The translations under genes were made by a program, and so were the position numbers. From positions 1 to 45,110 of IMG/VR virus record IMGVR_UViG_3300038393_001492: a DNA stretch of 45,110 bases. One strand, given 5' to 3'. Below are positions 7,745 through 16,381 of this stretch, piece by piece; the stretch's first letter is position 1, and each line of letters begins with the position of its first letter. The stretch comes from a virus. Lineage: Duplodnaviria; Caudoviricetes. The notes beneath the pieces are model-generated. The model saw only the letters and a list, made by a program, of their open reading frames with translations. It was not told where the DNA came from and ran no database searches.

Positions 7745-8536
7745 CTAGACCCTGAGCGTCAGCCTGAGCCCCACGTCGTCGGGCTCGTCGTTGTCGTTGC
7801 TGTTGACGCTATAGCGCTCGTCGCTCGGGTCTTCTGACACCCGACGCGCTAGCCAGCCCTTGTGATGCCGGCGCTCGCCGCGCACGACGGCCGAGAGGTG
7901 GCCCTGCGAGAGGCCGTTCTCCCGGCAGAAAGCCTTGAGGTTCGTGACCAGGCGCTCCTGGCCGTTTGGGGCAACCACAACGTAGGTCCGCGACAGCGAA
8001 GCTGCGATGGCTGCCAAGTGCTCGGGTGAGCGCTTCAAGGCCGACTGACGCATCCGCTCGATTGTCTCCGCGGCATGGACGCGTCCCTTCATCGTCGCCG
8101 TGCGCCGGGCAACAAACGCCGGATCATGCTTGATCCCGCGGCAGGCCGCCCAAGCCTTCTCCATCGTCTCACGGCTTGGCCGCCTGCCCTTCTGAGCCTC
8201 ACGCATCTTGGCGATGGACTCCGGGCGGTGCTTAACGCCGAGGTTTGAGGCCGCGTCCCGGCGCCGGTTGTAGAGGCCCTTGTGCCAGAGGCGGTCGATC
8301 CACTCCTGCTCGACCTCGATCAGACGCTCGGGCTCCACGAGCTCGAGGACGAAGAAGCCGAAGGCGCCCTCGCCGTGCTTGGCCCAGGCGCGCTGGAGGT
8401 AGGAGTTCTGATGCGTGCCGCGCGCCAGGTAGGCGCGATGCACGGACCAGCGTCGTGTGATGTGGACGGCACTCCCGATGTAATGCCGCCCGCTCTCGTG
8501 GTGAATGATGGCGTATATGCCACTAAGCCTTGGCAT
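7745..8536 (-). CDS. GIY-YIG homing endonuclease with NUMOD3-like DNA-binding repeats
   Basis: Start re-called at MPRLSGIYAI (8536). GIY..HYIGS..RRW..H, ELVE, EQEWID, LYN; basic KH..ESIAKM and GRVH..ETIERM repeats; lower GC. Confidence 0.9.
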   Translation of the reverse strand: MPRLSGIYAIIHHESGRHYIGSAVHITRRWSVHRAYLARGTHQNSYLQRAWAKHGEGAFGFFVLELVEPERLIEVEQEWIDRLWHKGLYNRRRDAASNLGVKHRPESIAKMREAQKGRRPSRETMEKAWAACRGIKHDPAFVARRTATMKGRVHAAETIERMRQSALKRSPEHLAAIAASLSRTYVVVAPNGQERLVTNLKAFCRENGLSQGHLSAVVRGERRHHKGWLARRVSEDPSDERYSVNSNDNDEPDDVGLRLTLRV

Positions 8537-9383
8537 CAGACTGAAGAACCCTCCGCAGACCTTCAGTATAGGACGGGTCGTTTTCGTTGTCGGCTGCTGC
8601 CTCATCCGCAAATGGGGTCTCGTATGCTTCAAGAACATCCATGACGAACCCGGAGCGCACCACGTCCTCGCGGCCGAAGCGCACGATGCCGACGCCGCGC
8701 ACGCTCGCGAGCCGGCCGACGGCGTCCATGAGCCCCGACGGGCCCGGGATGTCCTTCTGGGCCGGGTCGCCGTTGACGACCACGCGGGCGTTCTCGCCGA
8801 TGCGGGTGAGGAACATCTTCATCTGGCCGGGCGTGGTGTTCTGCGCCTCGTCGAGCAGCACGTCGGCGTTCTTGAGGGTGGAGCCGCGCAGCAGCGCCAG
8901 CGGGCGCGCCTCGATCCGCCCTTCCTTGATGAGGTATTCCGTGAAGCCCTTGCCGAGCACGTCCTCGAACGCCTCGCGCACCGGCCGGAAGTAGGGCTCG
9001 AACTTCTCGTCCAGCTCGCCGGGCAGGAAGCCGAGGCTCTCGCCGGCCTCGACCGCGGGCCGGGTGATGACGACCTTGTCGACCTCGCCGTCGCGCAGGC
9101 GCTCGGCCATGCGGGCTGCCGCGAACCAGGTCTTGCCGGTGCCGGCCGAGCCGAGGGCGAACGTGCAGGTGTTGGACGCCATCGAGACGTCGAAGCGGCC
9201 CTGGGCGGCGTTGAGCGGCTTCACGGGGGCCTGCCGGGGCTTGGCAGGCGCCTGCGGGCGGCGCTGGTCTTCGATGACGAGCTGGAGGAGAGGTCCGTGC
9301 TGAGCGCGCTTCCCCTGGGCCTTGCGGTCCCGGCGCTGCTTACGGGCGATCGCCTTCTCGGCGGAGTTGGTCGCGGTGCTCAT
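8523..9383 (-). CDS. phoH: PhoH-family ATPase
   Basis: GSAGTGKT, ITRPAVEAGESLGFLPG, LRGSTL, LDEAQN, GDPAQKD, DVVRS. Confidence 0.95.
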   Translation of the reverse strand: MSTATNSAEKAIARKQRRDRKAQGKRAQHGPLLQLVIEDQRRPQAPAKPRQAPVKPLNAAQGRFDVSMASNTCTFALGSAGTGKTWFAAARMAERLRDGEVDKVVITRPAVEAGESLGFLPGELDEKFEPYFRPVREAFEDVLGKGFTEYLIKEGRIEARPLALLRGSTLKNADVLLDEAQNTTPGQMKMFLTRIGENARVVVNGDPAQKDIPGPSGLMDAVGRLASVRGVGIVRFGREDVVRSGFVMDVLEAYETPFADEAAADNENDPSYTEGLRRVLQSDAKA

Positions 9384-9430
9384 GTCGACTCCGAAGTCGG
9401 TATGGGGAAAGTGCGAGCGTGCGTGCTCTG

Positions 9431-9450
9431 ATAAGTAAGCACTGACTTAA
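9431..9450. promoter_or_regulatory. palindromic box 4 (ATAAGTAAGCACTGACTTAA), upstream of phoH
   Basis: Family member; flanks extend the dyad to 9417-9464. Confidence 0.8.
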
Positions 9451-9466
9451 CAGAGCGCGCAAGCGA

Positions 9467-9661
9467 TCAATCTGCGACCAGAACGATCTCCTGGGTTGAT
9501 GTCAGACCGATAGTGTGCCCGGCCGGCACCCGCAGCTCGTCGAGGAAACGATGCACGATCAGGAACGAGCCGTCGCTGGCGGCGGCGTAGTTCCGGCACA
9601 CCAGCCAGACCGGCCAGTCCTTCGTGGGCTGGCCCTGGTAGGTGAAGCGGTCGAGGATCAC
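9467..9661 (-). CDS. hypothetical protein (64 aa)
   Basis: GTGA overlap with the upstream stop. Confidence 0.6.
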   Translation of the reverse strand: MILDRFTYQGQPTKDWPVWLVCRNYAAASDGSFLIVHRFLDELRVPAGHTIGLTSTQEIVLVAD

Positions 9662-10776
9662 GCGGCCGCCCTCCCCTCACCCCGCAGCATGTCGAGGTAG
9701 CGCACGCCCTCGCGGACGTCGTCGAAGAAGATCGTGCGGCCGGACGCCGGGTCGTGAATGGTCACGGGCGTCAGGAACGGCACGTTCGGCCGGAAATGCT
9801 CGCGCCGGGCGTAGCCGTCGATCTGCTTGTAGGCGCCGAGCTGGATGCCGTGGACCACGCGCGAGCGGCCGAGCCACTGCTTCTCCAGGCTCGCGTGCCC
9901 GGCCTGGTGGATGTGACCGCCCCAGATCACGTCCTCGCCCTGCCAGCGCTCGAGGATGTGGACCATGATGGCGTGCATCGAGTTGAAGCGGCTGTTGCCC
10001 TTATACTTGTGCCGCGCGAGGTGGGTGAACGTGGCGCCGCCCGGAGAGGTGAGCCGGACCCGGACCTCGTCGGTATCGTAGACGGCGCCGAGGCCGTAGC
10101 CCGCGAACAGGCGCTTCATGAGGTCGACGCCGCCGGCCTCGGTCGACCAGTCCATGTGGTTGCCGGAGATCGCCGCGATCAGCTTCGGGGCCAGGATGGC
10201 GACGTAGTGCTCGAGGAGGCGCCAGGCGTCCGAGTGGCTCATCACGTCCTTGCGCCGCTCCCGCTCCAGGCGCCCGACGATGAAGTTGTCGATCCAGTCG
10301 CCGATGCCGACGGCGAAGAGGTGCGGGTGATCGGCGATCAGGTGCGCGTCGTCGAAGGCCGCGGCCAGGTTCGTGCCGATGTTGTTGAGGTGGTGATCCG
10401 GCAGGCCGACCACGCCGTAGGGGCCGGGGAACTTCACCGACACGTCGATGATCGCCTTGGCCTCGTGGTGCTGGGCGTAGCGGGCGTTGTGCTCGGTGGC
10501 GCGCTTGATGAGGTCCTCGATCGGCTCCTCGTAGGCCGGAAGCTGCGTCTCGATGGTCCGGGAGGTGCCGTCGGCGACCGGGGCCGGGGTCTTGCGGCTC
10601 GTGAGCTCCGGGACCGCCTCCCCTTCCCCGCGCCGGCGCCGATACATCGTCGCGTAGTTGCGCACCGTCTGGTAGCCGACCCCGAGTTCCGCCGCGACCG
10701 CTGCGAGATCCGGGAAGCGGGCGGTGTCGTTGTAGACCTCCGCGAAGCGCTCGGGCGTGAACTTGGGGGCTGCCAT
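9658..10776 (-). CDS. N-terminal HTH + calcineurin-like metallophosphoesterase
   Basis: LAAVAAELGVGYQTVRNY (HTH); DxH (PDHH), GDWID, GNH, H, GHIH metal-binding motifs. Confidence 0.85.
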   Translation of the reverse strand: MAAPKFTPERFAEVYNDTARFPDLAAVAAELGVGYQTVRNYATMYRRRRGEGEAVPELTSRKTPAPVADGTSRTIETQLPAYEEPIEDLIKRATEHNARYAQHHEAKAIIDVSVKFPGPYGVVGLPDHHLNNIGTNLAAAFDDAHLIADHPHLFAVGIGDWIDNFIVGRLERERRKDVMSHSDAWRLLEHYVAILAPKLIAAISGNHMDWSTEAGGVDLMKRLFAGYGLGAVYDTDEVRVRLTSPGGATFTHLARHKYKGNSRFNSMHAIMVHILERWQGEDVIWGGHIHQAGHASLEKQWLGRSRVVHGIQLGAYKQIDGYARREHFRPNVPFLTPVTIHDPASGRTIFFDDVREGVRYLDMLRGEGRAAA

Positions 10777-10791
10777 GATGGGTCCTTTCTG

Positions 10792-10811
10792 TCGTGTCAG
10801 TGGTGACTTAC
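10792..10811. promoter_or_regulatory. palindromic box 5 (TCGTGTCAGTGGTGACTTAC)
   Basis: Family member just upstream of the phosphoesterase RBS. Confidence 0.8.
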
Positions 10812-10819
10812 TGTGTGGG

Positions 10820-11425
10820 TCAGAGCTTCGCCGCCTCGTTGAAGAGGACCTGCGTCTGGATGTCGTCGAGCCCGAGCTCCAAAGCGATCGCCTGGACGTA
10901 GGGGTTGTCGATGTCCCACCAGGTCGCGCGCTGATAGAACAAGCGCACCGGCGGATAGGGGTGGTTCCTCACGATGGCCTCGACCTGGTCGAGCAGCGAG
11001 CGCTTGTAGAGAGCGGTCGTGGCCTGGGCCGGCGACACGCGGGTGACGCGCGGCGGCGGGATTGGGTTGAAGGCCGCGTTCGGCAGGTCGAGGAGCTTCT
11101 GCTCGAACAGCTTGTGCGGGGCCGGATCCTTCGGGTCGACGCCGAGGATTTCGATCACCCGGTTCTTGACCGGGTTTACCAGCGACACGTCGCGCACGAC
11201 GGCCATGACGACTTCGCCAGCGGGGATCGGCAGCACCGTGGCGATTACCGAGCTCTTGGCCGCGGTATCGAGCGTCTTGCGGTAGTCATACCAGTCCACG
11301 CCGTCCGAGACGCGCCTGGCGAAGTCGGCCACGTATCCCATGGCCGCCACCGCCTGAAAATCAGGCGGCAGCACCTCGGGCGTGTAGCGTTCCCAGTATC
11401 CGTGGTCGATGATCTGGTAGGTCAT
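10820..11425 (-). CDS. putative tail fibre assembly chaperone
   Basis: Immediately follows the fibre gene; DGVDWY motif and C-terminal LGL...LF.EA. Confidence 0.6.
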   Translation of the reverse strand: MTYQIIDHGYWERYTPEVLPPDFQAVAAMGYVADFARRVSDGVDWYDYRKTLDTAAKSSVIATVLPIPAGEVVMAVVRDVSLVNPVKNRVIEILGVDPKDPAPHKLFEQKLLDLPNAAFNPIPPPRVTRVSPAQATTALYKRSLLDQVEAIVRNHPYPPVRLFYQRATWWDIDNPYVQAIALELGLDDIQTQVLFNEAAKL

Positions 11426-11451
11426 GTGTGAGAACTCGGGTTCTGTGAGGA

Positions 11452-14421
11452 TTAGCCGTAGTAGGTGTTGATCCAGCCCTGGTTCGGCACGAGGATCTGG
11501 AGCGTGCGGAAGCGGCGGCCTGTGAGGTTCCAGGTGCCGTAGCTGTTGTCGGCCTTGCCGCCCGTGACCGCCGCGCCGCTGTAGGGCTCGGAGTAGCCGG
11601 CGTTGCCGTTCCAGGAGATGTCGAGGTCGCCCGCGTAGGCCCAGCGCACGGCGTTGACGACGCCGTTCTTGCGGTCATCGGCGTAGGCGGCCGCCCGGTT
11701 CTCGATGCGGGTGTTGATGTCGCCGAGCTGGGCGCACCAGATCGAGCCGTCCGACCGGATCGCGAAGCGCGTGCCGTTGCCGACGTAGTCGAAGTAGATC
11801 GAGTTGTCCGACGAGTTGTGCTTGAGACGGTAGGTGTAGTCGCTGTGGCCGTAGGGGGCATGGCAGAAGTCGATGTAGGGGAACCCGTTGGCGTCACGGT
11901 TGGTGAGCTGGAGCTGCGGATAGTTGTAGTCGATATACAGCGGCCCAGTCATCGTGTCGCCAGTCTTGGCGACGCGATCGCCGGCATAGGCGCTCGCACG
12001 AGCGTTCACATAGTCACTCAGGTAGCCATACATCGACGACCACACGTTGCCGTTGTCGTAGACGCGGAACTTCCAAGTGCCGTCGCTGCCGAGGAAGCCG
12101 ATGCTACTCGAGTTGTTGTGGATGTAGCGCATACCCTCGTCAGTATCGCTCATCTCGATGATGGACGAGGTCTGACCTACACCGACCGTGATCTTGCCGG
12201 TCGTTGTGATGTTGCCCGTGAAGTCTGCGCCCGTCAGGTTAGCCTTGGTCCCAGGGTTGAAGTTCTTCTCGGTCCAGAACTTGTAGCGCACTGCACCGTC
12301 GGACCAGCCGCCGCGCACGAACTCGTTGTCGGTGTCGAGGCCGAACCAAACCGCATGGGCGCTCGGGCGGTGGAAGGTCATGCCCGCGCCTGCCGTGCCG
12401 TCAGCCGCGGCCGCGCGCACCATCAGCGCGTTGCCGCTGCCCACGCGCGAGGCGAACGTGCCGCCGCTGTTGTCCACGAAGACGGTCTCATTGGTCACGG
12501 TGCCGCCCGTGGCGAGCCCGAGCTTGGTCGCCGGGTCGAAGTTGCCCGGGTGCCAGACGTCCACACCATTCACGCGCGGCGCCGCCTTCGTGTCCCAGCG
12601 GCCGGCCCGGGCGTCGTAGAAGCCCTGGACGGATCCGTCATAGGTCTCGATCACCATGCCGTTGTGCAGGTGCAGGCGGATGTTCGCGTCGCTGTAGGAC
12701 GCGCCATCAAGGGCGCCCGCCTTGAAGAAGTTGCTACCCGCGCCGCTAGCCAGGTTGAGGTTCCCGGACGTGGTGATGCCCGGGGCGGCGATAGCGCCCG
12801 TGAAGGTCTGACCCGCGACATTGGCCTTGCTCGCCGGGTCGAAGGTGCCGGCGTGCCAGACAGTGTTGCCGAGGATGGTCGGAGCGGCGCCGTTGAAGTT
12901 GTAGTGCGCGCCGTTCTCGGCCTGGATGTCGATCGTGGTCCCGTCGCCGTTGCCGATGTAGCCCTGGCGCGTGCCGTTTGCGCCCTTGAACTCCATGTAG
13001 CCGGTGCGGGCAACCGAGCCTGAGACGAGCGAGACGGAACCGTAGGTCGAGTCACCGCGCACTGCGATGGCGCCCGTGAAGGTGCCGCCGGCGAGGTTGA
13101 TCTTGGTCGCCGGGTCGAAGTTGCCCGAGGTCCAGATCGTGCCGCCGGTGCCGCTCTTGAGCACCCAATCCTGGTTTGCGCCATCAGAGGGACGGTAGGC
13201 GCGAAACAGCCAGTCGTTGCCGCCGCCGACGTTGGTCGAGGAGAAGATCGCCTTGCGCCGATAGCTCGTGGTCGGTGCAGCGTAGCTCTCGATGTAGACG
13301 ACGGCGTCGCTGTTCGACTGGGCCGTGATCGCATTGCCCGTCACGGTCCCGGACGCGGTCACGTTGCCCGAGACGTTGCCGCCGGCCTTGTCGAACTTGG
13401 TCGCGTCGGCCGCGGCGAAGTCGGCGCGGATCTGGGTATCGGCAGCCGCGAACTCACCGCGCACGGCGGTGTCGGCGTCACCCCGGGCCTTGACCTCGGC
13501 CGCATCGGCTGCGGCAAAGTCGGTGCGGATCAGGGTGTCGGCGTCAGCGCGCGCCTTGGCCTCGGCCGCGTCGGCTGCGGCAAAGTCGGTGCGGATCGCG
13601 GTGTCGGCATCACCCCGGGCCTTGGCCTCGGCGGCGTCGGCCGCTGTGAAATCCGTGCGCAGCTTGGCGTCGGCGCCCGTGAGCGCGTCGATGGTGTCCT
13701 GCAGGCCGCTGACGTCCGCGATCGCGATGGCGAGCGCCGCCTTCAGGCCGGTCGCGGTGATCGCGCCCTTGAGGCCGGCGACCGAGAGCACCGCGTCGGT
13801 CGGGGTGAGAAGCTCCTTCCAGTTGTCGAGCGTCGCCGCCGGCTCGGCCTTCAGGACGAAGCACTTGTTGAGGTCGGAGCGGATCGCGATGTCGCCGCGC
13901 TGCGCGTCGAGGGCGAGCATCTCGGTCTCGCTCGCCACCGGGTAGCTGTCGGTGATCGCCACCGCCGGGATCGTCGAGACCTCGAGCTTGCCGCCGGCGC
14001 CGAGGACCGGGACCTGGCCGGCGCCCGCGCCGAGCTGGGAGCTCAGCACGCGGCGATCCACGTCGGTCTGGAGCGCGGCGAGCTTGTCGCCGACCGAGCC
14101 GTCGAGGGTGCCCAGCGCGGCGCTGAGCTCGTCCTTGGTGGCGCGGGTCTCGACATTCACCTCGAGGTCGCTGATCGACTGGGCGACCGAGCCGTTGATC
14201 TGGTCGGAGAGCGCGGCCAGGTCGCTCGCCGCCTTGTCGGAGATCGCCTGGAGCTCGCCCGGCAGCTCGGCGATGTCACCCGTGACCAGGACGGTGCGCA
14301 GATAGGCCAGGATGTCGGCCACGCTGATGCGCACGTCGCCGCCATTCTGGACGGCCGCCCAGAAGTCCTCGGAGCCCAGCGGGACTGCCGGGTTCTCACC
14401 ACTCGCCTTGCGGTATGCCAC
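11452..14421 (-). CDS. long tail/side fibre protein
   Basis: Coiled-coil N-terminal part, KAGGNVSG/KTGDTMTG fibre motifs, repeated WxxGNFDP.K junctions, Gly/Asn/Tyr-rich tip. Confidence 0.85.
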   Translation of the reverse strand: MAYRKASGENPAVPLGSEDFWAAVQNGGDVRISVADILAYLRTVLVTGDIAELPGELQAISDKAASDLAALSDQINGSVAQSISDLEVNVETRATKDELSAALGTLDGSVGDKLAALQTDVDRRVLSSQLGAGAGQVPVLGAGGKLEVSTIPAVAITDSYPVASETEMLALDAQRGDIAIRSDLNKCFVLKAEPAATLDNWKELLTPTDAVLSVAGLKGAITATGLKAALAIAIADVSGLQDTIDALTGADAKLRTDFTAADAAEAKARGDADTAIRTDFAAADAAEAKARADADTLIRTDFAAADAAEVKARGDADTAVRGEFAAADTQIRADFAAADATKFDKAGGNVSGNVTASGTVTGNAITAQSNSDAVVYIESYAAPTTSYRRKAIFSSTNVGGGNDWLFRAYRPSDGANQDWVLKSGTGGTIWTSGNFDPATKINLAGGTFTGAIAVRGDSTYGSVSLVSGSVARTGYMEFKGANGTRQGYIGNGDGTTIDIQAENGAHYNFNGAAPTILGNTVWHAGTFDPASKANVAGQTFTGAIAAPGITTSGNLNLASGAGSNFFKAGALDGASYSDANIRLHLHNGMVIETYDGSVQGFYDARAGRWDTKAAPRVNGVDVWHPGNFDPATKLGLATGGTVTNETVFVDNSGGTFASRVGSGNALMVRAAAADGTAGAGMTFHRPSAHAVWFGLDTDNEFVRGGWSDGAVRYKFWTEKNFNPGTKANLTGADFTGNITTTGKITVGVGQTSSIIEMSDTDEGMRYIHNNSSSIGFLGSDGTWKFRVYDNGNVWSSMYGYLSDYVNARASAYAGDRVAKTGDTMTGPLYIDYNYPQLQLTNRDANGFPYIDFCHAPYGHSDYTYRLKHNSSDNSIYFDYVGNGTRFAIRSDGSIWCAQLGDINTRIENRAAAYADDRKNGVVNAVRWAYAGDLDISWNGNAGYSEPYSGAAVTGGKADNSYGTWNLTGRRFRTLQILVPNQGWINTYYG
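13400..13660 (-). repeat. ~4 tandem 66-bp (22-aa RTDFAAADAAEAKARGDADTAI) repeats in the fibre
   Basis: Visible in both protein and DNA. Confidence 0.85.
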
Positions 14422-14443
14422 GGTCCTCGGTCCTTTTCTGAGA

Positions 14444-15316
14444 TCAGTTCACGTCGCGTTCGGTCTGCCGGACGTCGCCGGCTTCGTTGGTGCGCACGTT
14501 GTCGTCCTCGGTGCGCCGGTAGGTGAGGAGCGGCTCCATCTGGGCGATCGCGATGGCGTGGCCCGAGGCCATGCCGGCGAACTGCTTGAGGAGCGCCAGA
14601 TGCCCACTCGCCGAGCCGACACCGTCGATGGTCGGGCCGCTGAGCACCTTCGCGGTGCGCAGAGCGGCCAGGAAGCTCACAGAGCCCGACGAGCGCGCCC
14701 CGAGTAGCTTCTCTGCGCGCAGGGCTGCGGCGGCCTCTGACGCGCCCCAGAACGCAGCGGAGAGCTGCTTCGCGACGCGCAGATCAGCGACGGCCCGGGC
14801 GTTACCCAGCGCGCTGGTCGCGAGCACCTTGCGCACGAGGATCGTCGCTTCGGTCGTGCCCCGGCCCTGGATGACCGGGCCGCCCAGCACCTTCTCGGTG
14901 CGCAGCGCCGCGACCGGCTTCGCGAGGCCGGCGCCGCGGCCGACGAGGTTCTTGACCACGAGCGGCGTGGCCGTGCCGATCGCCCGACCCGTCGTCCAGC
15001 CCGTGAACCGCTTGCGCACCAAGAGGGAGCCGGCAACCTGCGAGCTGCCGGCCATCACACCCTCAAACCGACGCGGCGCCAGCTCGCCGAACAGGACGCC
15101 GCGGCCCTCGGCGCGCTCGCCGAGCAGGATCTTCTCGGTGCGCAGGAGCGCCTTGGTCCGGGACACGCCGTGCGCCGGACCCTGCATGAGGTCGAAGCGG
15201 CGCGTGACCAGGAGTCGTCCCGACACCTCGCAATGACCCAGCGCCGACCCGAGCAGGACGAAGCGCTCGCCGCTGAAGAAGCGGCGGCCACCTGCCGTGA
15301 AGGGCTGCTGGGTCAT
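14444..15316 (-). CDS. putative virion/fibre-associated protein with internal repeats
   Basis: Repeated L(R/V)xxKxLxG units about every 23 aa; lies between the fibre gene and a small virion gene. Confidence 0.65.
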   Translation of the reverse strand: MTQQPFTAGGRRFFSGERFVLLGSALGHCEVSGRLLVTRRFDLMQGPAHGVSRTKALLRTEKILLGERAEGRGVLFGELAPRRFEGVMAGSSQVAGSLLVRKRFTGWTTGRAIGTATPLVVKNLVGRGAGLAKPVAALRTEKVLGGPVIQGRGTTEATILVRKVLATSALGNARAVADLRVAKQLSAAFWGASEAAAALRAEKLLGARSSGSVSFLAALRTAKVLSGPTIDGVGSASGHLALLKQFAGMASGHAIAIAQMEPLLTYRRTEDDNVRTNEAGDVRQTERDVN

Positions 15317-15331
15317 GAGGCGGATCCGGCG

Positions 15332-15351
15332 CTAAGTCAGTTGTGACTGAC
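15332..15351. promoter_or_regulatory. palindromic box 6 (CTAAGTCAGTTGTGACTGAC)
   Basis: Family member, intergenic. Confidence 0.8.
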
Positions 15352-15747
15352 TTAGTCTTCCGTGACGGAGAGCGAGCCGATCGGGAAGCTCACCGGGTTG
15401 GTCGTGTTGATGGTCTGCTTCCCGCCCGTGATCGGGCTGGAGTAGAGCATGTTGCCGCCGGCCTGCTGGCTGAAGACGGCGAAGTGGGTCACGTCGGTGC
15501 CGCCGGCCGAGTTGCCGAAGTCGACGACCGAGAGGTTCGAGATGGTCTTGTTCGCCGGGTCCGAGAACGTCGCCTGGACGCGGCCGGCGTCGCGGACCAC
15601 ATTCGTGACCTCGGTGCCGCCGGTGCCATCATCGAGCGGGTCGCCGTTGTAGAGGGCGACGAAAACGGCTGCGGGCGCCGGCGGGAAGGCCTGGCCGCGA
15701 AGCCAGTTGAGGATGGCTGTCTCGAGGAAGATGCTCTTGCCGGACAC
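15352..15747 (-). CDS. small phage virion/tail-fibre-associated protein
   Basis: S.FLE..ILNWL...VFVALYNGDP.DDGTGGTEV...VTHFAVF...GGNML, a widespread ~130-aa virion protein pattern; GGAG RBS. Confidence 0.75.
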   Translation of the reverse strand: MSGKSIFLETAILNWLRGQAFPPAPAAVFVALYNGDPLDDGTGGTEVTNVVRDAGRVQATFSDPANKTISNLSVVDFGNSAGGTDVTHFAVFSQQAGGNMLYSSPITGGKQTINTTNPVSFPIGSLSVTED

Positions 15748-15803
15748 GGGCTGGTTCTCCTTGGAGCCGGTCGCGCCGGCGCGATCTGCGAATGACGGAC
15801 CAC

Positions 15804-15832
15804 ATCATAGCCCGTCATCCTCGGTTTGTCAG
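15804..15832 (-). promoter_or_regulatory. putative promoter CTGACA-17-TATGAT for the fibre module
   Basis: -35 supplied by the end of box 7; spacer starts AACCGA as at 3623-3646. Confidence 0.6.
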
Positions 15833-15847
15833 TCAGCGGTGACTTAC
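15828..15847. promoter_or_regulatory. palindromic box 7 (GTCAGTCAGCGGTGACTTAC)
   Basis: Family member. Confidence 0.85.
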
Positions 15848-15855
15848 TTTCTGCG

Positions 15856-16251
15856 TCAGCCGAGAGTGCGCAGGAACAGCAGACCAGCCGTCGCGCCGAA
15901 GACCGTCAGGGTGGGCACGACCCACTGCCAGACATTGTCCTTGCCCCAGCCGAACATGAGGGTCGCACCGAGCCAGGCCGAGACCGGACTCCAGCCCTGG
16001 TTCTTCAAATCATGCTCCCTCTGCCCGGCCTCGCGGGCGAAGTAGTAGAGCGAGACGAAGCACGCGGCGAGGAACAGGCAGACGGCGTTCCGGTCGAGGA
16101 CCAGGGCGGGCAGAAGGACGGGCAGCAGGGCGCGGCCGGCGATCACCAGACCGGTGATGACCAGGCTGAACAGCACCAGGTCGAGGAAGGACAGCACCGC
16201 GTGGCTGAGCAGCGGGCGCTTGATGATGAAGTCGAGGATGGACTTGAACAT
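15856..16251 (-). CDS. multi-pass membrane protein
   Basis: 3-4 hydrophobic segments. Confidence 0.7.
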   Translation of the reverse strand: MFKSILDFIIKRPLLSHAVLSFLDLVLFSLVITGLVIAGRALLPVLLPALVLDRNAVCLFLAACFVSLYYFAREAGQREHDLKNQGWSPVSAWLGATLMFGWGKDNVWQWVVPTLTVFGATAGLLFLRTLG

Positions 16252-16294
16252 GATGACGTCTTTCTTGCTGGGGTGGTAAAATTCCGCCCGGAGC

Positions 16295-16376
16295 TTCCGA
16301 CGCCATCGGCCTGTATATAGATAGTATTATATACAGAGTATTATCTACATACAGGCCGATGGCACCGGAACACCCG
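16295..16376. repeat. AT-core inverted-repeat element A
   Basis: Arms 16302-16323 and 16342-16363 match at 21/22; AT-rich core; 16346-16376 is the exact reverse complement of 44235-44265. Confidence 0.9.
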
Positions 16377-16381
16377 AGTCC

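Noticed and set aside
7745-8640. Group I intron in phoH carrying the GIY-YIG ORF
   Set aside because: The insert is entirely coding with no room for a ribozyme core, and phoH is already complete with its own stop
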